Assembly: GCF_963853765.1 (NCBI RefSeq)
Contig: NC_088860.1
Location: forward strand, 3,224,001 to 3,288,000
Origin: Magallana gigas
Lineage: Eukaryota
DNA length: 64,000 bases
Reading direction: 5' to 3'
The translations under genes were made by a program, and so were the position numbers. Of the stretch, positions 38,901-64,000 are shown in pieces. The stretch's first letter is position 1. Each line of letters begins with the position of its first letter. Under the pieces are notes generated by a model. The model was not told where the DNA came from and made no database searches. It was given only the letters and a program-made list of their open reading frames with translations.

Positions 38901-40049
38901 CTGGAGTTGGACTGGTTCTCTCTCCTCTACTTGACTGGTCTCCATCTCATCCTCCATTTTACTGAGGTCACTCTGGTCACATGTCTCATTCATGTCCTCC
39001 ATTTCTTCCTCCTCCTCATCTTCCTCAGGTGGACCTCTTCCATCCAGTCCCAAAGTATTCTCTTTCTGCTTCATGTTAGAATATAAACGAGACATCTCCT
39101 GAGAATACAGATCTGCTTGAGAGGGAATCTTCTGCTTCTCTTGTACCATGTTTGCTGGTGTTGGTTCTTGTCTGTTCGACAGAGGATTCATAGCATAAGA
39201 GGTATTTGTAGGTTGTGCAACTTCTGATGAAGATGGATGTTCCCCAGTAGAATGGTCAATGTCTGGTTCTGTGGTTTTTTGTAAATTACTGTTCAATTCT
39301 TGTTGGATTTGAACATGGGGATGAATCCAGTTTTGGTTTGTAGTAAGAACTCTGCTCCTTCCGTGAAAGGTATTTGGAGGGGCAGAAGGTACTGCAGAAT
39401 GGGATGTTTCCAGATAAGATTTATCTGCCTTAATGTTCCGTCCAGCATGTGATGTTTCCAGATAAGATTTATCTGCCTTAATGTTCCGTCCAGCAGTGGA
39501 CTGTTCCTTGTCCATTGGATCCCCTCTGTCAGTCTCTGGGGAGCCCCCTCTATTGGAGGGGGATACGTAAGCATTGACTGCCAGCTGGGCCAGTCTGTGG
39601 TCGACCTTCTGTGGGGTGTATTTACTCCTCTGGGGCTCTTCTGTACCTCTCTGTAGCACAGCCTTCATAGCTTTCTGAGGCGTGAACTTAGTGTAAGTAT
39701 GGGCCTCATCTAACTTCCTGTGAGTCGCTGCCTCCTCCTTGGGGTCTGTATCATGGTTAGATTTTTCTTTCACTCCTTCGGTTCCACGAGAGTCACTGTT
39801 AGTACACGCAGACTTCTCACAAGGATTTGTCTCGGTTTTCTGAGGTAGGTCCTCAGAGGTGAAGGTGACACCTCCAGGATCATTCCTCTCCTCAGAGGCA
39901 ACGGCAGGGTGTGTCTCGGTAAGCTTCGAGTCCTCCAGAGTACATCTCGAGGTATCAGCAAGCTGCGAGTCATCCGTACAGTGAGATAGGTCCACCACTA
40001 GCGCCCCCTCTGACGTGTCGAGAACAGAGCTGTTTCCTGTGTCATCCAT
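35929..40049 (-). CDS. Multi-cluster C2H2 zinc-finger protein (~17 fingers, 1337 aa)
   Basis: Coding exons 40049-36634 and 36526-35929; a phase-2 intron splits the last finger (NSLN-R-HEKIH). Repeated C-x2-C-x12-H-x3/4-H units and two TGEKPY linkers. Acceptor at 40052-40053 just upstream of the ATG implies non-coding 5' exon(s). Confidence 0.92.
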
Positions 40050-40238
40050 TCCTACAGATTAAACAAGCGTGGCATTATATCAACTTGTACAGAAAAAAAT
40101 CTGCTTAATAATTCTATTTCAAAATATATTTTCAGTATAATCTTTGGAAATTGACATATGTATACCCGGTAATTACATTGAAATTGAAGAATGTTTCAGT
40201 AAGGACGCTAGTCACATGTAAACTATACTGGCATGCGA

Positions 40239-40361
40239 CCAGTTCTCGCCAAGTACCATTTCTTGCCAGTGCATTGTTACGTCATTTTATCAACACATAA
40301 AATTATAAATGACAGTGATGTAACAATGCACTGGCGAGAAATGGTACTCAGTGAGAACTGG
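40239..40361. mobile_element. Small foldback MITE-like inverted repeat in the ZNF 5' intron
   Basis: ccagttctcgccaagtaccatttcttgccagtgcattgttac pairs imperfectly with gtaacaatgcactggcgagaaatggtactcagtgagaactgg. Confidence 0.7.
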
Positions 40362-42461
40362 ACTGGCACGCAAGTAAAGTGCTTTCTTTAGTGGTTCCAA
40401 TGTTTGTTAACTAATCAATAATCTAATGATAATTTTTACCATTACATAACCCATCAAAACAGGTTATGTACATCTTTGCAGTGCTTACAACCTTCATAGC
40501 CTGTACATAATACACCAAAGAAATTATTTCATTTTTAATGTTTGACCTGTTGATTTTTTTGAGTTATTGCAAGTCACTGGTCACCCCCAATAAATTATCA
40601 ATTTTGCAAGTATATAAATGTACCGGTAGAACTGAATGCATATGATATTTCTAAGTAAAGTCTTGTAGTTTTAAAGGAAACATAATGCAGGAATGAGTCA
40701 GCTTTTGAAATCAAATCAAACTTTGGTCATTAAATCACCAAATATACTTATACATATGCTTTTTGGTCATTACATCATGCACCAAATATGCTTATACATG
40801 TATTACATGTACCAGTCTGAGAGTGTTGTACCAGTGTAGTATATACTTCATATTTCATTTACTTCAGCTTCAATACCTCCGTTATAAAAATTTAATAAAC
40901 AATTTTAATTCAATGCAGTTTGAATAAGAATGAGTGATTAAGTCATTTGAAGACACAAAAAACACCCTATTGTATGATGAATATATCATCATGCCCCTGT
41001 ACACATGGCCTCAATTAAAACCCATTCACCTTTATTGAATATTTGAAGTTCTGAATTACCAAAATTGATAAATCTTCTAAAAGTATTACAGTCAACTAAA
41101 TAAAGTTTAAGTCATTAGATATTATATATACATACATGTTCTGTAAATTATCTCAATACTGTCATGAAGATAGCTAAGTAGCAAAGGCCCACAACTTGAT
41201 ACATACATGTAGCAAAGTTTCAAGGCCAATAACTCTGTTTATACTGGCCATTGCTTGTTAATAAAATGATTATTCATTCAAATAGAATACTAAAGCTGGC
41301 CATTCCTTTTTCATAATTTTAATAAGAAAATTTTATAATTTTTTGTCCAACATTCCCCCTTCACTTTTTAAATCTACATAATTTGCCCCCCTTTTAAAAT
41401 TTGACTAATATCGAAAAATATTACATTTTGGATTTTTTTTTTTTTTTAATTTTCATTGCACTTGAATAAGAAAGTGTCCCATGAAAAGACTGTAGATTTA
41501 TTTTTATTAATCTCTGAAAATAATTACAGGCATATCGAGAAGATAAAACTATTTATACATTTACAATAAACAGATATACAAACATTTTTCTTTTCCCTTT
41601 GTAAGCGTTAGAAAAATTCTTCATAGACCAGCTTCAATGTTTAATGTTGTAAACCAACAGTTTCATAACAGTTTAACTTTAAATTTTTAAAATTAAAGGT
41701 TATTTAAACGTAGTTAAAATTTCACACCGTCTGTGCACATGGTCTTGCATTGGTATGAATATTTAAATACAGCAACATAAATTGTACACTTAATTAGAAA
41801 ACATGTACGACATTTAAACACTAACCTCAACTTGATGTGTGCGTCCATCAACGGTCACTATTGATTTGAACAAGGTTTTTTTTATTGAATTGGACCAAGC
41901 TGAGTTAAAACTCAAACTGGCTTGACAGGTGTATCAGGTATTATATAGGGACATCGTGAGTGTTACATAATTGTTGGTGGATTAAATTCGCCTGCCCCGA
42001 GTCAAACTCTGTTTATTATCCACACACACAATTGTTTATTGGTCTATTCAGGTAAACAATTATCACCCTGCTAATGCCACCGACTACCTGTAGCTACCCG
42101 CCGATTACTGGCACCCTAACTGCGCGTCGATGCCCGGGGAAATCTCTGTACACCTTTCAGAAGTTCTACGACTCGGAAATAATGGGTATTGATGAAATTG
42201 GCCATTCTTAATAGCTAGTACCCTGAGTACATTCGTGATGTAAAGTCTTGAATTTAGAGAGTTATACTGTTAATATTGGTGTTTTTTAAAATACTTCTCA
42301 GGAAAAGAAATTCATGAGCGTTTTGTTCAGAACTTGCGCACGGAGCCTTATACAATTATTTTAACCGCTTATTACCTGTATCAAAAAAAAGAAAGAAGAT
42401 TTTGATGTAACATCATCTAAACACAGCATATAAAAAAATCCTTTATATTATAAATGTGAAG

Positions 42462-42464
<3 letters not shown>

Positions 42465-42511
<47 letters not shown>

Positions 42512-42548
42512 TTTTCATTCAAGTAAAAAATATGAGAGAGAGAGAGAG
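42465..42548. repeat. (CT)n microsatellite plus (GA)n forming a hairpin
   Basis: 23-bp stem 42493-42515 / 42526-42548 with a 10-nt loop. Confidence 0.85.
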
Positions 42549-42683
42549 AATCAGAATCCAGTAAAATTGAAATTAAATTAAAAAGAAATTATATAGGATT
42601 TCCCCATAGCGCTACAACACAAAGATATTTTTATACATAAACATCTTAAATCATAAAAATGCGTGAAAACTTGGATAACTTAC

Positions 42684-42805
42684 TTCCAAACCAGAAGAGG
42701 AAAGGTACTGTTTGCTCCGGGAATTCTTTTGTTACCCGGAACATTTTCTGGTTTTAAATATTACGCACGTCTTGGTATTGTTTGGGTCTTGGACTTGTTG
42801 TTAGG
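42684..42805. promoter_or_regulatory. Putative bidirectional promoter / 5' exons of ZNF (-) and LRP2BP (+)
   Basis: Outward-facing consensus donors GTAAGT (minus, from 42683) and GTAAGA (plus, from 42806); both genes have an acceptor before the ATG that needs an upstream donor; CCGGAA (ETS-like) motif, no TATA. Confidence 0.55.
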
Positions 42806-43232
42806 GTAAGAAAAAAGAGAAAATCTTTCATTTTAATGAATATTTTATATCAGATTGCACACTATGATGAAGAACTAGGCTATCGAAGTAGGTTTATTCA
42901 ATTTGGAACAAACATTACTTTTATCTCAACCCGAAAACACGATACAAATAGATAACTCGAATTTTCTCGTTGCTCTGTATCGTGATCGTGCATAATATTT
43001 AGAATCATTTAGTGTAATGACAGCAGCATATATATGGCGCAACACGTAGGAAAGGGTTTGGTTTGTGGCACATTTTCGCCAAGCCATCATTGACTTTTCA
43101 ATTTATGCAGTATTTTTTCTTAGAAAATTTAAATGAAAAATGGTTACAGCTTTTATTTAAATGAATCTTTTGAGGTTTTGCTTGGATTTTTTATTTTCAT
43201 ATATCTTTCTGATATCAGGTTTTCTTCTCAAG

Positions 43233-49084
<5,852 letters not shown>

Positions 49085-51323
49085 TCTTCATTTATTACTA
49101 CATACCACGTCAAAATCTTCATTCTGATGATCAGCATTATGGGGGTGGATCAAAAAGCCTCAGGGGTTCAATTCTGCTGATGCTTTTATATTTTAATATT
49201 GATATACACTGTAAAATATTTCTATTTCTATGGAGATGTGCTGGAACTTTTTTGGGGAACCTCATGGTGTTTTTTACATACTTTTCTGTGATAGTATACA
49301 TTTTTTACATTCATATTACTGCTGTGTTATTGTAGAATTTTTGTTACCATTTTCATGTCTTAATGAAATTTCTGTGCCAACAAGTTTATCTATTTGTGTC
49401 TTACGGGCGTGATGCCCAATAAGAATGGAGCCAATTAAATACTATTTGTTTTTTATCGAGCTCTGAAAACAAGGGCACCAGATGTATCAATTTATTGGGG
49501 AGGGGGGTGTTATTATAATGTGTGCAAGTATTTGTATATGTGCGAATGTTTATATGGTTCTCTACATTCCTTGCCCCAGTATTTTAAGATAATTTACTGA
49601 TACTTGATAACTCTTCTATTTTGACATGTTTGGGTGTACTTGATATGACAGCCTCCATTTGGACTGATCGTAGTCCTTGAAATGGATTTATATGATTTCG
49701 CCAGATCATGTGTAAATTGAGTGATACAGTGAACCATTGCCTACCATATTGATCTCTGGCCTGGGAACATGAGGAGTCTCCTCTAGTCTCCTATCTGATT
49801 TATTGTACCCTTCCCTGTATGTTTACAGGAACATAGACCTGTACGTATATTGATGGTACATGTTTCAAAATGTCTTGCTTAATTTATGCTTACAAACATT
49901 CTTAAAGAAGAAAACTGCAATGTAATTTCAAGCTGTAGGGGAAGAATTCATTTTGTATCCGAGCTAAAATTTGCTGAATAAAAAAACCCCACAGGTCTTC
50001 TTCTATATACCAGAACATCTAGGTTATAAGATGTAATAGTTATGCTATAGAACTGATATATTAGATTTAAATTTAAAACTTTTAAATTGAAATGCAGTTT
50101 TCGTACTATAACTTAATAGTTTTCTGTGTTTATTGTGTACCTTAATCAGAGACGTCATATAGCAACATCATTGATTTTTTTAAGAGATCAAAATATAGAC
50201 CCTTCTCAATCAGAAATACCCATGCAATTAATCTCTTATCATAATGATAAATACTTTTGGAGATATATCAAATAATGGAGCAGAAATGTGTCCATTCAGA
50301 TCCCATGATGAGAGTTAGGGACATCATACCTTGACCCATTTAAAAGCTGCACTTTTTTACCTATAGGACTTGGTGTGACATTTTTTATGGCCACTTTCAT
50401 CTGGTGTTCATTGTCACTGGAAATTTCTTTGCTATAAAACAGACAACAAACTTCAGAGTTTGTAGATCTGCTAACCTGCGGCTCTTGTAGATATAGATTA
50501 AATATTGCAGCCCGGGTTGTCATTGCCGTCTACCTACATTGTGTTTATTAATGTGTATGCTTTACATTTGTGTCATTAGATCGATGAATATTAACACTCC
50601 AAAAACTTTAATTGCACAAAGATAAGTGCAGGTACTTAGAATGACCATAGAATACTAGATGAACTATTTTCTGAACTGTTGCCTTGCTTGATCATTGTAT
50701 TCATTATTGATTTAAGATATTATTTTCTTTTATTTATTTGTGTGCAATGCTTGAAAGTACCGAATATCTTCTGAGTTTCGTAGATGATATCTGTATAGGT
50801 GTTTTCCTAGCTCTGTGATAGTCCTACTGTGCTGCGTGTATGTGTGCAGTCCCGTTACTTTATTATATCTACATGTACATGTATGCTTTGGTTGTTGATT
50901 TGTTATTCATGTAAAGTTTTTGAAAATAAAAATGTTTCCAATGTCTTTTTTATTAAATTGTACATGTTATAGAATATCACTTACAAGCAAAAAAAACATG
51001 ACACACCTACAAACCAAATCAATATCTGGAAATCCGAGATTTTCAAAAAATCAGAAACAGTACCTTATTAAAATTCATTTTAAGAAGTATTTGTTAATGG
51101 AAAATACACAACTTGCTGGTAATGGGGACACTTGGTTAATTAATGGGACTGACGTCTAATGAGGCTAAGTGCAAGTCATTAGCAATCTATCACTGGGTCA
51201 GTCCTCTTCCTCTCATTATGGCCCACCATTGTCAGCTTTATGACATAGCTAACAGGAAATGCTGTTTGAAGGTGGCACACAGAACATTCCCGATTTCTTA
51301 GGGTAAATTCCAGGACAGCGGCC

Positions 51324-51746
51324 AGCAAACTTCAGTCACTGATGACAGAGTCACAATACTGGAAGATCAAGGCCACCAAACTTCAGTCACTGGTGACAGA
51401 GTCACAATACTGGAAGATCAAGGCCACCAAACTTCAGTCACTGGTGACAGAGTCACAATACTGGAAGATCAAGGCCACCAAACTTCAGTCACTGGTGACA
51501 GAGTCACAATACTGGAAGATCAAGGCCACCAAACTTCAGTCACTGGTGACAGAGTCCCAATACTGGAAGATCAAGGCCACCAAACTTCAGTCACTGGTGA
51601 CAGAGTCCCAATACTGGAAGATCAAGGCCACCAAACTTCAGTCACTGGTGACAGAGTCACAATACTGGAAGATCAAGGCCACCAAACTTCAGTCACTGGT
51701 GACAGAGTCCCAATACTGGAAGATCAAGGCCACCAAACTTCAGTCA
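51324..51746. repeat. 51-bp minisatellite, 8 near-identical copies
   Basis: Unit gtgacagagtcacaatactggaagatcaaggccaccaaacttcagtcactg; diverged partial copy at ~51810-51852. Confidence 0.95.
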
Positions 51747-52860
51747 TTACTCACATACATGTATGACAGCTACAGTACAGAAAGATCATGATCTGCAATC
51801 TTGAATTACAAGTCCCAATACTGGAAAATCATGACCAGCAAACTTCAGTCAGTTATTACAGTAAGAATTCCCTTTTGTCACCGTCATTGTAACAGTTGTT
51901 ACTTTATTAAGAACAGCTACACTGTTTATAAAGTGTAAACTGTTCCAACCCATTGTATACAAGCATAAATTGTTTGGCTATTGAATTTCTTCCTTATAGC
52001 AATCATCAGTTTTTAATATTTCAACCTTTTTTTTAATTGGCTAGAAAGGGGATAGTGGTCCATCTAAAACACTGCAGCCAGATAGCTCTGTAACTTCATA
52101 ACAACTGGTTGGATACACCCACAGCACAGAGATAAAAGCTAGTAACAACAAGCCCTATTGTGATTCATTTTTTATTGGATACATAAACATTACCATTAGG
52201 ACTGCTGTCACGACAGCATAATCCAGATATACACCTATATATGTCTTATCATCATCTGCTCACATAAAAACAATCTCATCAACATCTGGAGAAGGGACAG
52301 AAAAGTCAATTCCTTGGTGCGTCTGTCCCCGACTTTATCCCACCAGTATCATTGGTACATATTAGTGTTTTCTGAATAAATACACAACTGTTCTCAATGC
52401 ACCACAGTAAAATATCATATACTCTAATAATAAAATTTAGAGACAAAATTAACAATAATTCAATGCATAACCTTTCATGATAAAATTTGCGACACATCTG
52501 AGGTATGATTTCATCAATAAATTAATCATAACGTCTAAATATATACATCAAAGCATACAAAATAGCACATTTCTTTTTCATATATCATGGAAATTTACAT
52601 ATTTCATTGAATGAAAAAAAATTCTAAATGCATTTCATTTGTACTGATAAAAACATCAAACAGCATTCTTCCATGTTGCTTTCAAACTACTCACTATTTC
52701 TTCTATTCACACTTTCATCCATCATAGGTCTATCTCTATTGATGAATAATGAAGCTAGAAATTGCTGGAGTGAATATTTTTCACCACAGAAACCTTAACA
52801 CTGAATAACATGAAAGAGGCCAAGCTAACATCACAGAATCCTATAGCATTCCTATAGCCT

Positions 52861-53300
52861 GGCTAATGTCACACAAGCCAGATTCCTATAGACTGGCTAA
52901 TGTCACAGAAGTCAGATTCCTATAGCCTGGCTAATGTCACAGAAGCCAGAATCCTATAGCCTGGCTAATGTCACAGAAGCCAGAATCCTATAGACTGGCT
53001 AATGTCACAGAAGTCAGATTCCTATAGCCTGGCTAATGTCACAGAAGCCAGAATCCTATAGACTGGCTAATGTCACAGAAGCCAGACCTCAATAGCCAAT
53101 GTCACAGAAGCCAGACCTCTATAGCCTGGCTAATGTCACAGAAGTCAGATTCCTATAGACTGGCTAATGTCACAGAAGCCAGAAACCTATACACGGGCTA
53201 ATGTCACAGAAGCCAGAATCCTATAGATGGGCTAATGTCACAGAAGCCAGAATCCTATAGACTGGCTAATGTCACAGAAGCCAGATTCCTATTTCCTGGC
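52861..53300. repeat. 34-bp minisatellite, ~13 copies
   Basis: Unit ggctaatgtcacagaagccagaatcctatagact; period 34 (52861, 52895...). Confidence 0.95.
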
Positions 53301-54180
53301 TTTGGTAAGGGATGTCTTGGCTGACTATGCTTATATTCAAAGCAAACATGCTGCATCAGCTGGAGCCTGGAGAACTAAAACAAAATCCTAGCGATTGCCT
53401 AGTTTTACAAGTTTTTACAATATATAAACATTTACAAAACAATTCCAACATTTTATCATCATGTTTTTCCTTCATCTCTGTAACAAAGAGGTAGAGTCTA
53501 TGAGAGGTGCTTTAAACAAACATCCAACATCAAAGTTTTGATTTCTTTGAGAAGCTTAAAGCAAATAAATCAGCTCGCACCAGTGTTCCTTAAGCTGTTA
53601 TCATATAGGTAGATGCAAATACCATTACCATTTCAAATTCTAAAAAAAAAATGTCTGGAATAAAAGCACCACTAAATTCCTATTCTCTAATCAGTGACAT
53701 TAATTCCGTAAGTCTAATCTGTGCTTAAACTTATGTACTGAGGTAAAACTTCTTAGAGTTTGAATTTTGGCAGTGAATAAGACACCATCCCCACATCCTA
53801 AGCTTTCCGTGCTGTCACCGGCAAGAGAACTGTTTTGTGCGTTGTAAGTTTCCCAAACCCTTTAACATAGCTGAGATCAAGATGTACGAACTCCTTACTG
53901 ATCACTTGGTACAATGTATAGAAAAAAGCAATAGATATATACGGTCCTCACAACAAAGGGAGATGACTGTGTTACTGTTGTCATCTCTTGTCCATTTCAT
54001 GGTGCTTATAAAAAATCAGCTACAGACTAGGAAATAATTGCAAGGAGAAAAAAAAACAACTAAAAAAAACAATAACATTGACAGTATACACGTTCATCAA
54101 TATAGTATATATCATGTGGTCTCTTATTTGTCATGGTGATACACAGTGCACACTGGAAGGAATTCAATGAACCATGACGT

Positions 54181-63611
<9,431 letters not shown>

Positions 63612-63844
63612 GTTTCGTCTGACATGCAAATCAGCCAGCTGACAATGGACGTCAGCGGAATTTTAATGTCAGAATTCTCTTTGTCGATAAATGTAACTTA
63701 TCTGGAAGAAGAGTTGTTGTAATTCCTCTCCCTGTATATAAATCACTGGTATAAATAGTTCAAGACTTCAATATTTCAACACGAACACAAACATCGTCGT
63801 ATTATGAATCAACTGCCCACCGCGTTGTGTATAGCGTATAACAG

Positions 63845-63852
63845 TGACGTCA
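63845..63852. promoter_or_regulatory. Perfect CRE palindrome TGACGTCA upstream of the polyamine oxidase
   Basis: TGACGTCA at 63845-63852; near-CRE TGACGTCC on minus at ~63647-63654; TATA-like tracts at ~63735-63757. Confidence 0.45.
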
Positions 63853-64000
63853 AGAGGTGTGGCTTATGAGGTCAAAGTTCATTCTCCGTTCAAGCGGCGT
63901 TAGAGGTAGTTTTTTTTTAAATTTCATTCATTTATTATAAGATTTACATTACGACAGTTTATTTTCCAATCATTTACAAAGTATGCATATGGTTTACATG

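Noticed and set aside
35901-39973. Antisense and alternate-frame ORFs over the ZNF gene (also over the T-box, FAM184A and oxidase exons)
   Set aside because: Shadow ORFs of GC-richer coding sequence, with no recognisable domains.
41826-41899. Possible ZNF 5' UTR exon whose ATG would make a uORF overlapping the main start
   Set aside because: The donor GTTAGT is plausible, but the acceptor is weak and the segment contains AATAAA; unsupported without transcript data.
51324-53300. Regular repeat arrays as CRISPR
   Set aside because: The units are contiguous with no unique spacers, no cas genes are present, and the context is eukaryotic.

Overview
Eukaryotic, AT-rich, intron-containing genomic DNA. 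The repeat landscape (TTAA-flanked and TA-flanked MITEs, Helentron/DINE-like elements, (GA)n tracts) suggests a bivalve, probably an oyster; this is inference. Five spliced protein-coding genes can be rebuilt by hand with GT-AG junctions and consistent phases: a divergent T-box transcription factor (+, 14949-19770, 7 exons, 491 aa), FAM184A (-, 34483-22829, 17 exons, 1097 aa), a ~17-finger C2H2 zinc-finger protein (-, 40049-35929, 1337 aa), LRP2BP (+, 43233-49084, 345 aa) and a spermine/polyamine oxidase (-, 63611-54181, 487 aa). The first 14 kb is non-coding and TE-rich. No CRISPR array, rRNA, intact tRNA or autonomous transposon was seen, and I cannot claim a clearly new biological system. 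The best leads are regulatory: a uORF overlapping the polyamine oxidase start, a dense TGACAG/Hox-like motif cluster in its intron, two divergent splice donors only 122 bp apart at the ZNF/LRP2BP promoter, convergent polyA signals 18 bp apart, a 13-copy stem-loop array, repeated local duplication of FAM184A splice sites, and a CCGG-ended element with no visible target-site duplication.
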